Positions 39,100 to 49,447 of a stretch of DNA of 64,000 bases are shown in pieces. The notes under the pieces were generated by a model. That model did no database searches. It was given only the letters and a program-made list of their open reading frames with translations, and had not been told where the DNA came from. Numbering within the stretch: position 1 is the stretch's first letter; every line of letters begins with the position of its first letter. Where the stretch lies: contig CAVUGF010000051.1 in assembly GCA_963740975.1 (NCBI GenBank), forward strand, positions 7,286 through 71,285, read 5' to 3'. The translations under genes and the position numbers were made by a program. This stretch comes from an uncultured Alphaproteobacteria bacterium. GTDB taxonomy: Bacteria; Pseudomonadota; Alphaproteobacteria; Rhizobiales; Rhodomicrobiaceae.

Positions 39100-42000
39100 T
39101 CAAGATTTTCTTCTCCGGCCGAAGGGGAATACGGAGCGGCCCTGCTCCGCGCTGGCCTGCGGCGGTGGAACGTCTCCTGGCAGCAAGCGGGCGGGCTCTG
39201 GAACCGGAACATTGGCGCGTGGCCTCTCCACCCCAGCTTCAACCTCTTCAGGCTTGCTTCCCAGACCCGGGCGAGGCCTGCGCTTCGCCCCGCCATCGCG
39301 CCTCTTTTCCTCGGCTACAGCCATCGCGCTCTCCTTTGCTTCAGCCTCGGCCAGAGCAAGCGCCCTTTCTTTCTCCTTTTCCTCCCTCTCGCGTTCCTTG
39401 GCAGCTCTGCGCTCGGTGCGCCTTGCCTCCTTTTCCTGCTCCTTGTCGTCGCGGCGGACCGAGCGCGCGATGGTGTTCAGCATGTGCACAACCTCCCGCT
39501 CGGTCATCAGCTCGGAGAAAAAGAAGCCCTGCCCATAGTCGCACCCAACCGCCTGAACGTAGGCCAGGTCTTCGTCGCTATCCACGCCGACGGCGACCAC
39601 GTCCTTGTTCAGCTCATGCGCGATGGTAAGCACGGCCTTGAGCACCATGGCGCTCGACCTCTCCTTGTCGCTGAGCGCAACGAGCGAGCGGTCGATCTTT
39701 ATGGCGTCGATATTGAGCCGGTGCCAATAGGAGAGCGAGGAGAAGCTAACACCGAACTCGTCAAGCGCCACGCTCACATTGAGACTTTTGAGCCAGTCGA
39801 TGATCTCAATCGCCTGCTCGGGGTTGGAATTGACCAGGCTTTCGGCGATCTCCAGCCTGAGCGCGTTTTTCGGCAGCGTCTCCCGGCCGATGATGAGCCT
39901 CAGGTTCTGCACCAGATCGTGGTGGAAGAGCTGCTGGCTCGTCATGTTGATGCTGACGTAAAGCGGGTCGTCGCGTTGCAGGATGCGATGCCAGCGTGCG
40001 CCCTGGCGGATGCAGCGCTCGAAAATGTAAGCCCAAAGCTCAGCTGAAAGGCCCGCTGCCTCCGCTGCTGCCTCGAATTCCGGCAAGGTCAGCCGGCCAA
40101 GCGTGGGATGCTCCCATAGCACGAAAGCTTCAAGGCCGGTCAAGCGCTGGTCTGCGATTTCGAAGATAGACTGGTAGAGGATGTGGATTTGCCGCCGCTC
40201 GATGGCGTGCTTGAGGTCGGCCTGAAGCACCGAGCGCTCATCGGTGGCGCCGCGCATCTCGGGCTTGAACAGCTCGATCCGGTCGGCACCCGCGCGCTTG
40301 GCCCGGTACATGGCGCTCTCGCCCTCGCGAAGCAGGTCGTCCGCGGTTTCCTGCGTGCCATCGTACATGGCGATGCCGATGCTGCCGGTAATCACGAGGT
40401 CGCGCCCGCCCACCTTCATGGGGGTACGCAGCGAGCGCCGGATACGCTCGGCCAGCATGGCAATGTGGCGTGGCTCGGTATCCTCGGAAATCAGGATCGC
40501 GAATTGCAGTGCGCTCACGCGCGCCAGCGTATCCTGCTGCGAGATATGGCGGGTGAGCCGGCGCGCGATCGTCAGCAGCACGCCGTCGTTTGTCGCGAAG
40601 TCTGGCGAGCGCGCCTGGCTCTTGAGCGCATCGAGGTCGATGAAGAAGATCGTCGGCTTCGTGTTCTCTTCCTTGGCGCGGGTGATTGCGGTTTGAAGCC
40701 GGTCGATGAACAGCTCGCGGTTGGGCAGGCCCGTCAGCCCGTCCCGGATCGCATTATGAAGCAGGCGCTCCTGGGCGCGCTTTTGCGTGGTGACGTTGCG
40801 CAAGAGCCCGACGCCGCGAAGAGCCCTGGTATTGCGTTGCTGAGTAACGCCCGCGCGCAGCTCATACCAGAGATAGCCGCCATCGGCCCGCTTCATCCTG
40901 AATTCGAGGTTGATGTCGCCGCCCTGGCGCTCGCGGATCGTCCACAAGGTCAGGCGCATCCGCTCGCGGTCTGAGGCGTGCAGGTGCTGCAGCCAGTTGT
41001 CGAGCGGGCATCTGAGCGATGCGTGCTCAAGACCGAGCGCGGATTCGACCTCCGGCCCGGTCACGATCTCATCGCGCCTGCCATCCCATTCCCAGACGGC
41101 GGCGCCAGACGCTTCGAGTGCCATCACGCGCAGCTTGAACTGGCCCGCATCCTCGCTGCTGCCGCCAGCTTCGCCGGTCTGGAATGCGTATTGGGTGACG
41201 TTGAAGCCGATCAGGGCCACGAACAACACGAGCCCCGCCGCGAGGGCTTGCACCACGAGGTCGCCCGAGACCTTACCGAGGATGGTGACCGCGCAGGCGA
41301 ACAGCCAGACCATGAACAGCATCCAGGACGGCACGAGCGCCAGCGCCCGCTCCTGACCGCGAAGGGCAAGGAACGCGATCAACGCGCTGCCGAAGCCCGC
41401 GATGGGAATGAAGGAAAGCCGGGCGAGGCTTGCCGTCACCTGCGCATCGATCAGGGCGAACAGGATCAGGCCGAGCTGGCCCGCGATCCAGCCGAAGAAC
41501 GCCATGCTGATCCAATTGTGCCAGAGCCTGAGATTGAGAAAGGTGTAGAGGAAAATGACGAGGCTTGCGGCCAATGCCGCCTCCGAGGCGGCGCGGTAGG
41601 TGCCATTGTCCTCCGAGGTGAGTTGAAAAAGCTTATGCCAAAAGCCGAAATCGACGCAGAGATAGGCAAGCGCCGACCAGGCAACCAGCGCCGCGGCGGG
41701 AAAGATCGCCTTGTGGTTGACCGCGAAGATTGCGGTCAGGAAGATCGCGAGAAGCCCCGTGATTCCCAGCAAAATTCCGTGAAACAGGTTGATGTCCCGC
41801 TGCTTCTTGCCGAAGCTTGCGGGCGAGGACAAAAACAGCCTTGGAACCGATGCCGAGGCCAGCTCGACGATGAATGTCACCGTGGTTCCGGGCTCGATGG
41901 AAAGCCGGTAAATGTCGAGGTGGTCGTAGTCGTCGTTACGCTCGGGCTTGAACCCCAGCGACGGCGTCACGTTGGTGATGCGCGGCGCGTCGAGGTCCGG

Positions 42001-42381
42001 CTTGAGCACATGCGAGGCGATGATGTCGTATTTCTGCGCCGTCAGCCAGCGCATGATCGGCTTGTCGGTCGGATTAGAGAGCGCGAAGACCACCCAGCTC
42101 GGATTAGTGCCGGGCGTTTTGGCCGAGACGGTCATGCGCGCGGCGATACCGCCGGCGTCGGCTGCTGTGTCCACGCTCAGCTTGTCGCCGCGCCGCTCGT
42201 AAAATTCGCCCAGGAGCGTGACGTCGATCTTATCGTCGGTGGGGCCGATGACGATCGGCTCCACCGCGAGCGCGCGCGTGTTGAAGCCCGCAAGTGCAAT
42301 AAACAAGACGGCAATTGCCGCCAAGGTTACCAAAAGTGGACTTTGCCCGGAGATGTCTCCGCGCTGCCGGGGTCGTGTCAT
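39100..42381 (-). CDS. Membrane sensor (periplasmic + multi-TM)-PAS-GGDEF-EAL protein with degenerate catalytic motifs
   Basis: DGLTGLPNRELF; GGDEF position reads SALQF; EAF, DEFGVSFSSL, VAVGVD; charged C-terminal tail. Confidence 0.9.
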   Translation of the reverse strand: MTRPRQRGDISGQSPLLVTLAAIAVLFIALAGFNTRALAVEPIVIGPTDDKIDVTLLGEFYERRGDKLSVDTAADAGGIAARMTVSAKTPGTNPSWVVFALSNPTDKPIMRWLTAQKYDIIASHVLKPDLDAPRITNVTPSLGFKPERNDDYDHLDIYRLSIEPGTTVTFIVELASASVPRLFLSSPASFGKKQRDINLFHGILLGITGLLAIFLTAIFAVNHKAIFPAAALVAWSALAYLCVDFGFWHKLFQLTSEDNGTYRAASEAALAASLVIFLYTFLNLRLWHNWISMAFFGWIAGQLGLILFALIDAQVTASLARLSFIPIAGFGSALIAFLALRGQERALALVPSWMLFMVWLFACAVTILGKVSGDLVVQALAAGLVLFVALIGFNVTQYAFQTGEAGGSSEDAGQFKLRVMALEASGAAVWEWDGRRDEIVTGPEVESALGLEHASLRCPLDNWLQHLHASDRERMRLTLWTIRERQGGDINLEFRMKRADGGYLWYELRAGVTQQRNTRALRGVGLLRNVTTQKRAQERLLHNAIRDGLTGLPNRELFIDRLQTAITRAKEENTKPTIFFIDLDALKSQARSPDFATNDGVLLTIARRLTRHISQQDTLARVSALQFAILISEDTEPRHIAMLAERIRRSLRTPMKVGGRDLVITGSIGIAMYDGTQETADDLLREGESAMYRAKRAGADRIELFKPEMRGATDERSVLQADLKHAIERRQIHILYQSIFEIADQRLTGLEAFVLWEHPTLGRLTLPEFEAAAEAAGLSAELWAYIFERCIRQGARWHRILQRDDPLYVSINMTSQQLFHHDLVQNLRLIIGRETLPKNALRLEIAESLVNSNPEQAIEIIDWLKSLNVSVALDEFGVSFSSLSYWHRLNIDAIKIDRSLVALSDKERSSAMVLKAVLTIAHELNKDVVAVGVDSDEDLAYVQAVGCDYGQGFFFSELMTEREVVHMLNTIARSVRRDDKEQEKEARRTERRAAKEREREEKEKERALALAEAEAKESAMAVAEEKRRDGGAKRRPRPGLGSKPEEVEAGVERPRANVPVPEPARLLPGDVPPPQASAEQGRSVFPFGRRRKS

Positions 42382-42409
42382 CTGGCTGCTTCCCACCCTA
42401 TAGCGAAGG

Positions 42410-42997
42410 TCACGGTTGCCGGTCTTCCGCGAGCAATGCAAAAAGCCAATGATCTTGCCATGTGCCATTAATTTTCAGATACCGCCGGGCCAAGCCCTCA
42501 TATTGAAAACCAGTCCTGGTCAGGAGCGCGGCCGATGCCTTGTTCTCCGGCAAGCATGCCGCTTCCAAACGGTGAAGACGCAGAACGTCGAAAACGAACC
42601 ACGTAATGGCCAGGACACCCCTGGTCATATAGCCTTGCCGGGCATAGGGTGCTCCAATCCAATATCCCAGGGAGCAGGTCTGGCTTACCCCCCGGCGGAT
42701 ATTGCTCAATGTCGCGCCCCCGATTAAGGAGTTATCAGAGGTTCTGAACAGAAAAAAGGCGTAACCGGCGTCTTGACGCGCATCGCGGTAATAATAGCGG
42801 ATGCGCCGCCGGAAGGTGTTGCGCTCCAGCTCGTCGCGCGGCCAGCGCGGCTCCCACGGCTCCAGGAAATCCCGGCTCTCAGCCCTAAGTGCCGACCATG
42901 CCAGGTAATCGGACATTTGCGGCTCGCGCAAATAGACCCCGTCACCCTCGATGTGGGGTCTTGTTTCCGTGAAGAAGAAGCGCGCTCCGCCGAACAT
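42410..42997 (-). CDS. rimJ: RimJ/RimL-family acetyltransferase
   Basis: FLEPWEP.W, LSNIRRGVSQ, LGYWIG, LHRLEAAC, YLKING.WQDH. Confidence 0.88.
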   Translation of the reverse strand: MFGGARFFFTETRPHIEGDGVYLREPQMSDYLAWSALRAESRDFLEPWEPRWPRDELERNTFRRRIRYYYRDARQDAGYAFFLFRTSDNSLIGGATLSNIRRGVSQTCSLGYWIGAPYARQGYMTRGVLAITWFVFDVLRLHRLEAACLPENKASAALLTRTGFQYEGLARRYLKINGTWQDHWLFALLAEDRQP

Positions 42998-43002
42998 CGG
43001 GA

Positions 43003-44286
43003 TTACGCTGGAGTCTGAGTACCGGAAAGGAAGGCTTCCGCTGCGTCGGCCACCGCAGAAGCAGCCCCTCTCGCGCCGACCGAGACAGACACGATCTCGG
43101 GTTTGCTGCGCAGCCTGCGGCCTACGGCCTGGACATCCTCGCGGGTCACGCCTTCGATCTTCGCGATCAGCTCCTCGTTCGTAAGCGGCCGGCCAAACAC
43201 CATGAGGTCCCAGGCAAGCTGGCCAGCACGTGCTTCGCAGCTTTCAAGGCTCATGAACAAGCCCGCCTTGAGCTGCGCCTTCGCGCGTGCCATTTCGTGC
43301 TCCGCAGGCCCCTTGTCTGCAAGATCGCCGAAAATGCCAAGTGCAAGCGAGGCAAGTTCCGGCAATTGCTGCGGGCTCGTCGCTGCATGCAAGCCGATGA
43401 TACCGCTATCCGAATAGCCCCAATCGAAGGCGTGGATGTCGTAGCAGAGCCCGCGCTGCTCGCGCACCTCCTGAAACAGCCGCGACGCCATGCCGCCACC
43501 CGCGATGCCTGCGAAGATCCGTCCGGCGAAGGCGCTATCGTGACCGTTGGGGAAGCCCTCGAAGGCGTAAATCACGTGGCACTGCTCAAAGCGCTTGTCG
43601 GATTGGGCGTGGCCGCCTTCAAATCTTGCGCGCTTGAGCGGCCGCGGCGCCTCCACCGGCATGCCGCTGAACAATTCGTCCGCGAGCTTGTGCAGCATGC
43701 CATGGTCTATCGCCCCGGCCGCGCTTAAGACGATGCGCGAGGCGGCGTAATTCTCGTTGCGGAAGCGCTTGAGGTCGGCTGCGGCGTGGCGTTCGATGGT
43801 GCGCGAGGTACCCAGAATCGAGCGGCCGAGCGACTGGTTGGGATAGGCCTCCTCAAGCGCCAGATCGAAGGCGATGTCGTCCGGGCTGTCTTGCGTGGCC
43901 GCAATCTCCTGCAGGATCACCTCGCGCTCGCGATCCATCTCGTCGTCCGAGAACGCCGGGTTCAGCAGAAGATCGCCGATCAGGCGCACGCCGAGTTCGA
44001 CGTCGCTGCCAAGCACGCGAGCGTAATAGTTCGTCGTCTCGGAGGAGGTCACCGCGTTGAGCGCCCCGCCCGCTCCTTCGATCTCCTCGGCGATCTGCAT
44101 GGGCGTGCGCGTGGCCGTGCCCTTGAACGCCATGTGCTCCAGAAAATGCGCGACGCCATGCTCGTTGTCCGTTTCAGCCCTGGCCCCCGCATTGACGAAC
44201 ACGCCCACGGTCGCGGTTTCGAGGCCCGCCATGCGGTGGCTTACCACCCTAAGGCCGTTGCTGAGCTGGCTGACTTGGACTGTCAT
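43003..44286 (-). CDS. M16 family zinc peptidase
   Basis: LSNGLRV, inverted zinc motif HFLEH, SRLFQEVRE.RGLCY. Confidence 0.94.
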   Translation of the reverse strand: MTVQVSQLSNGLRVVSHRMAGLETATVGVFVNAGARAETDNEHGVAHFLEHMAFKGTATRTPMQIAEEIEGAGGALNAVTSSETTNYYARVLGSDVELGVRLIGDLLLNPAFSDDEMDREREVILQEIAATQDSPDDIAFDLALEEAYPNQSLGRSILGTSRTIERHAAADLKRFRNENYAASRIVLSAAGAIDHGMLHKLADELFSGMPVEAPRPLKRARFEGGHAQSDKRFEQCHVIYAFEGFPNGHDSAFAGRIFAGIAGGGMASRLFQEVREQRGLCYDIHAFDWGYSDSGIIGLHAATSPQQLPELASLALGIFGDLADKGPAEHEMARAKAQLKAGLFMSLESCEARAGQLAWDLMVFGRPLTNEELIAKIEGVTREDVQAVGRRLRSKPEIVSVSVGARGAASAVADAAEAFLSGTQTPA

Positions 44287-44296
44287 TGCATGAACC

Positions 44297-45706
44297 TCAA
44301 ATAAAACCGGTGGCGCCGCCAGAACGGGGGACGCGAGCGTCGATATAGGATGCGATGGCCGCGGCGGAATTGGGCACGATCTCAAAACGTTCGCGGCCTT
44401 CGAGACACCGCTGGAGGGCGGCGGGCACTTCAGGCTCGCGGCCAACGGCCCGCTTCACCGCATCGGGGAATTTCGCCGGATGGGCGGTGCTGAGCACGAC
44501 CATGGGCCCCTTCTCGCGTGCCTGCTCCCGCTGTGCCGCCGCAAGGCCCACCGCAGTGTGGGGATCAACGATTTTGCCAGTGTCCCGGTATAGGCGGTTC
44601 ATGGCTGCCGCCGCCTCCTCGCGGGTCACGCGATGGGCCGCGAAGCGTTCGCGGATGGGCCCGAGCGTGGCCGGCGGAATGCCGAAGCTGCCCTGCGCAC
44701 GCAGGTCCGCCATCGCCCCGGTTACAAATGCCGTGTTACGCCCGCTCGCTTCGAACAGCAGGCGTTCGAAATTGCTCGATATCTGAATATCCATGCTCGG
44801 ACTATCGGTCGGCATTACGTCGCGCGGCTCGTAGCGGCCAGTTTCGAGGGTTCTGGCAAGGATGTCGTTCTCGTTTGTGGCAATTACCAGTCTGCCAGTG
44901 GGAAGTCCCATCTTCTGGGCGGCGAAGCCCGCAAAAATGTCGCCGAAATTTCCGGTCGGGACCGTGAAATTGGGGCGCGCTCCAGGCCCGAGCTTTGCTG
45001 CTGCCGTGTAATAGTACACGGTTTGGGCCACGATCCGCGCCCAGTTGATCGAGTTGATCGCGGAAAGCGCGTGGCGGGTGCGGAAATCCTCATCGCCAAG
45101 CAGCGTCTTTACGATGTTCTGTGCGTCGTCGAACGTGCCCTCCACGGCGATGGCGTGGATGTTGTCCTCGGGCGCGGTGGTCATCTGCTTGCGCTGTACG
45201 TTGCTGATGCGGCCATGCGGGAACAGAATGAACAGCTCGATGTCCTGGCGCCCGCGGAACGCCTCGACCGCCGCGGCGCCCGTGTCGCCGGAGGTGGCGC
45301 CCAGAATGGTGGTGCGGCTGCCGGCGCGCTTGAGCGCCCGCTCCATCAGCCGCGAAAGCACCTGCATCGCGAAGTCCTTGAAGGCGGCCGTCGGCCCGTG
45401 GAACAGCTCCAGGAGGAAGAGATCGCGGCCGATTTCGGTGAGCGGCGCGATATCCGGATGGCTCCATCCCGCATACGCATCGGAAACGAGGGCCAAAAGC
45501 TCGTCATGCCCCGGATCGCCGCCCATGTAGGGTGCCATCACGAAGGCAGCAGCGGCGGCGTAATGCCCGGGTGTCAGCGCGGGCAGGCTTGGAAGCGCGG
45601 GCCAGGCCTGGGGCATATAAAGGCCGCCATCGGGCGCGAGCCCAGCCAGCAGAACCTCCTGAAATCCAGCGGGCGCGGCCTTTCCGCGCGTGGAGACGTA
45701 CATCAT
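44297..45706 (-). CDS. thrC: Threonine synthase
   Basis: YVSTRG, GLAPDGGLY, ELFHGPT.AFKD, ATSGDTG, NSINWAR, PTGNFG, TAHPAKF. Confidence 0.96.
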   Translation of the reverse strand: MMYVSTRGKAAPAGFQEVLLAGLAPDGGLYMPQAWPALPSLPALTPGHYAAAAAFVMAPYMGGDPGHDELLALVSDAYAGWSHPDIAPLTEIGRDLFLLELFHGPTAAFKDFAMQVLSRLMERALKRAGSRTTILGATSGDTGAAAVEAFRGRQDIELFILFPHGRISNVQRKQMTTAPEDNIHAIAVEGTFDDAQNIVKTLLGDEDFRTRHALSAINSINWARIVAQTVYYYTAAAKLGPGARPNFTVPTGNFGDIFAGFAAQKMGLPTGRLVIATNENDILARTLETGRYEPRDVMPTDSPSMDIQISSNFERLLFEASGRNTAFVTGAMADLRAQGSFGIPPATLGPIRERFAAHRVTREEAAAAMNRLYRDTGKIVDPHTAVGLAAAQREQAREKGPMVVLSTAHPAKFPDAVKRAVGREPEVPAALQRCLEGRERFEIVPNSAAAIASYIDARVPRSGGATGFI

Positions 45707-46092
45707 TTCGAACGGCCAATTCCGGCTGAGGGACGGACAAAAACGCAACGGCTCCAGGGCCGCATCCTGGTGGCCCCCGAAGTTTCTAGCGGAGATTGCA
45801 ACATAGCGCGATGTGATTTCAAGGCGAATGGCCTAACGCTGCACAGCAAGACCCGTTTGATGCAGCGGCGTCTTGGGCTTAGTCAAGCAGGAAACGCTCG
45901 CGGCGGGACAGCCACACAAAGCCGGCCGCCTTCCTTTCGCCTCGCGAATCACTTTCCCATAGTCAAATGCAAGCTGGAGAAGAAGGCTCATCTTGCATCC
46001 AGGGGTTGTGCACAGGCGTTTTTCCGTAAGCCCCGGCTTGGTTAGCCTTCGAGTTATCGCTGTTGATAGCAAAAAGCGAGTTGAAACGAGCC

Positions 46093-46566
46093 ATGAAACT
46101 TCTGAAAAGTCTAGCCGTATCTGTACTCCTGACGTTTGCCGGATCGGGCGCCATTGCGCAGACCATCGACGACGACACCAAATGCGGAGCACTTGTAGCT
46201 CTTACTCAGGATTCCTCAGAGGGAGAAACGAAGGCCAAGGAGGCCGCCCGCTATATCGAGGAGACCATGCGTGCGCTTGACCGCCTCCACGGGCAGCGGG
46301 GCAACGCGGAGATTTTGCCGCAGATGCCGGAGGAAGGCCGGTCTTCGCTCGTTCAGACCGTCGTGATGCGCTGCCACGACCGCCAGGCAATTACGGTCGC
46401 GGATACCGCCATCGAGACATACGAGGCGGTGCGGAGCGCAGGCGCCGGGCTCGGCTTGAACAGGACGTCTCACAACACAGCCCGCACCAGGCATTCGCTG
46501 GCGGCCGTGCCCCGCCAGCTTTCCGCTTCAGGCGGCGGCAGCCAGGGCATTTGGCATGAGCTTTAG
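46093..46566 (+). CDS. Exported two-Cys hypothetical protein
   Basis: Signal peptide MKLLKSLAVSVLLTFAGSGAIA; Cys pair TKCG...MRCH. Confidence 0.65.
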   Translation: MKLLKSLAVSVLLTFAGSGAIAQTIDDDTKCGALVALTQDSSEGETKAKEAARYIEETMRALDRLHGQRGNAEILPQMPEEGRSSLVQTVVMRCHDRQAITVADTAIETYEAVRSAGAGLGLNRTSHNTARTRHSLAAVPRQLSASGGGSQGIWHEL

Positions 46567-46650
46567 CGGGTAGAGGACCCCCCGGAAGAAGGAAGAAGTT
46601 TTATGTTGGCCCCTAGTGGCGGGCGATGTGCCACAGCCATAGGGCATCAG

Positions 46651-46734
46651 CCACCAACCTGTCCTTCTCCCAATGGGAGAGGGGACGCCTGCACAGCGGG
46701 TACAATAACGTGCCCTCTCCCACAGGGAGAGGGG
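46651..46734. repeat. Third copy of the palindromic element
   Basis: CCTGTCCTTCTCCCAATGGGAGAGGGG ... CCCTCTCCCACAGGGAGAGGG between convergent genes. Confidence 0.8.
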
Positions 46735-46768
46735 TTGTAACGCATTGTGTGGATTATAGATTTGCGGG

Positions 46769-47329
46769 CTAAAACTTCGCCTTCGCTTCGCGGCCGGCTG
46801 GCCTGTAGATCACATTTCCTGCTTGAGGTCCCACTGCGTTTGGGGGCGCCAGGGCATCCACCGCAAGCCCGTCGACACGCCACACGCCGTCGATTTGCAG
46901 GAACACCATCTCGAAACGGATTTGCAGCGGCTGGGTTGGAAAATGCCCAACCAGATGGAGCTGCTTTTGCGTGTTAAACTCGGCCGGCTTTTCTAGAACC
47001 GGCTCAAGCATCAGCGCAGGGCTGAGGTTGATCCCCCTGGCGCGCAAACCGGAGAATGTTGCCGCAAGCCTCGTGGCGTCGAAGCGCTCGCGGAAGACTG
47101 GCGTGCCCATGTCGTGCAGAACCGTAAAGTTACCGGTTTGATTGGCGTGCTGGAGGGCGGCGATTGTGGATTTGACGGCCATCGCCGCCACGAGCGGATC
47201 GACGGCTTGCTGGTGCGCTTGGTGTTGTGGCGCAGGCGCCTTTTGTGCGGAATTTTCGGCGGCGCAGGCAACTGCGTTCAGCAGGGAGAGCCCGCCAGCC
47301 AAGGCCGCAACGCAAGAAAGCTTTCGCAT
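46769..47329 (-). CDS. Exported hypothetical protein downstream of the adhesin
   Basis: Signal peptide; ANQTGNFTVLHDMG.P.F, LVGHFPTQP, WRVDGL. Confidence 0.75.
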   Translation of the reverse strand: MRKLSCVAALAGGLSLLNAVACAAENSAQKAPAPQHQAHQQAVDPLVAAMAVKSTIAALQHANQTGNFTVLHDMGTPVFRERFDATRLAATFSGLRARGINLSPALMLEPVLEKPAEFNTQKQLHLVGHFPTQPLQIRFEMVFLQIDGVWRVDGLAVDALAPPNAVGPQAGNVIYRPAGREAKAKF

Positions 47330-47465
47330 CACATATCCCATTCTGGCCGGCCGGTCTGACAGCGGAGCGTCATCTCTGGCGCTGGGCGTACCGCTGACAC
47401 CGGCCGGCCCTTGGTTCGGAGGTTACTGTAGGCACATACCGCCTCTTTGAGGGGCGGAGGGAGTT

Positions 47466-47491
47466 GAAGGAGGGCCGTGCGGCCCTCCTTC
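47466..47491 (-). terminator. Strong hairpin after the adhesin gene
   Basis: Perfect inverted repeat GAAGGAGGGCC-GTGC-GGCCCTCCTTC 8 nt past the stop. Confidence 0.7.
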
Positions 47492-47498
47492 CGCGGGG

Positions 47499-49447
47499 TT
47501 AACGGATTGCCGGCGTTCCGCCGAAACCGAAGGTGATGCCTGCCTTGCCGGCGACGGTGTTGTACTCAGTGCCTACGCCGATGCCCGCATCGAGCACGGC
47601 GGTAGAGCCAGGGCCGAACCAGCCCCGGCCAATCACACCGGCGCCGCTGAAGCCAAGGGCGTGCTGGCCTTCAAACGCGCCCCAGCCGGCCCGGAAGGCG
47701 AAATCCTGGCCGGGCAGGAACACCGGCTGGGAGATGGCGAGGGCGAGAGCGACGCCTTCGGTAGCCTTGTCAACCTTGGTGTTGAGCTGGTTGAGCTTGC
47801 CGAAGATGTAGCCGCCGTCGGTTGCGAGATTGCCGCCAGCGTCGGAGGTGACGACCTCAAGTGGGCCACTTTGGGCGGCCTTGCTCTGGAACGAGGTGAT
47901 GCCCGGAGCCGTATAGGTGTTGGAGGTTGTGCCGAACATCATCTGGTTGTCACGGGTCGCCTGTGCGCCTGCGCCTAGAGCCGTGGCGTTGTCGTAGCCT
48001 GCGGCTGAAGCGCCAGTGCCGATCGCTGTCGAATGGTAGCTGTAGCTCGCGTCGGCGTGATCCCCGATCGCGACGGAGCCTCTGCTATCGTATGTGCTGG
48101 CGAAGGCACCGATAGCGGTCGAGCCCTGGCTTTCGCTTGCGTTGGCATGCGCACCCTCGGCCACGGAGAGAGCGGAGTGCTCGGCTTGCGCCTTGTAGCC
48201 TACCGCTGTGTTCTCGTAGCCGGAGGCCTCCGCATCGGTGCCCAGCGCCGAGTTCTTCTCGCCGGTAGCCTTGGCGCCAGTGCCCGCCGCGGTGTTCTTG
48301 TTGCCCTTAGCAAAAGCATCCGTGCCGGAAGCAGTATTATCCTTGCCTATAGCCAGGGCATTCGTGCCGGAGGCGGTGTTGTCCTTGCCCACAGCTTTGG
48401 CCCCAGTGCCGGACGCTGTGTTGTTTGTGCCCTTCGAGAAGGAGTTGGTGCCGGAAGCCGTATTACCCGAGCCGAATGCCTTGGCCTCGGTGCCGGAGGC
48501 AGTGTTCTTTTCGCCGATAGCAACCAATTCCGTACCGGAGGCGGTGTTGTCTCTTCCAAGGGCGATCGACTTGGTGCCGGAGGCGGTGTTGTCCTTGCCT
48601 ATGGCTAGGGACCGCGTACCGGAAGCCGTATTGTTCTTGCCAATGGCAACGGATCGGTACCGGAGGCGGTATTCTTTTTGCCGATAGCAACCGATTCCGT
48701 ACCGGAAGCAGTGTTGTCTTTTCCAAGGGCTAACGACTTGGTACCGGAGGCAGTATTGTCCTTGCCGATGGCCAGGGACTGCGTACCGGAAGCCGTATTG
48801 TTCTTGCCAATGGCAAGGGACTCGGTACCGGAGGCGGTATTCTTTTTGCCGATAGCAACCGATTCCGTACCGGAAGCAGTGTTGTCTTTTCCAAGGGCTA
48901 ACGACTTGGTACCGGAGGCAGTATTGTCCTTGCCGATGGCCAGGGACTGCGTAGCGGAAGCCGTATTGTTCTTGCCAATGGCAACGGACTCGGTACCGGA
49001 GGCAGTGTTCTTTTTGCCGACAGCAACCGATTCCGTACCGGAAGCAGTGTTGTCTTTTCCAAGGGCTAACGACTTGGTACCGGAGGCGGTGTTATCCACG
49101 CCGAAAGCCTTCGCCTTGGTACCCGAGGCGGTGTTGCGCACGCCCACTGCGACAGATCCCGTACCGGAGGCCGTGTTGTCCTTGCCGATGGCCAGGGACT
49201 TGCTGCCGGAAGCGGTGTTGTTCTTGCCGATGGCCGCGGACTTAGAGCCAGCGGCTGTGTTGCCCTCGCCAATGGCGAGAGATTTGGTGCCAGATGCGGT
49301 GTTGTTCGAACCGCACTGCCATGAGTTGGCCCCGGTTCCCGGCGAGCAAGCGTAAGTTGGCTCAGTTGCGGCAATGTTGAGGGTTAGAGCGCTTACGCCC
49401 AGAAAAAGGCCAGCAGAGACCGGCCGCGAGAAAGACCCGCGTGTCAT
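47499..49447 (-). CDS. YadA-like trimeric autotransporter adhesin; 1-bp frameshift near 48653
   Basis: Signal peptide, 14-aa head repeats (NTASGTxSxAxGxx), neck NQMMFG, coiled coil, EGVALALA plus beta-strand anchor. Confidence 0.9.
48190..49330 (-). repeat. 42-bp tandem repeat array with 168-bp higher-order period
   Basis: CCAAGGGC marker at 49059, 48891, 48723 (168-bp spacing) and 48556 (167 bp). Confidence 0.9.

Noticed and set aside
46093-46566. HdeA/HdeB-like acid chaperone assignment
   Set aside because: Only a signal peptide and two Cys support it, which is insufficient without a profile search
48190-49330. Regularly spaced repeats as a possible CRISPR array
   Set aside because: The repeats are contiguous 42-bp coding units without unique spacers and translate to YadA head repeats
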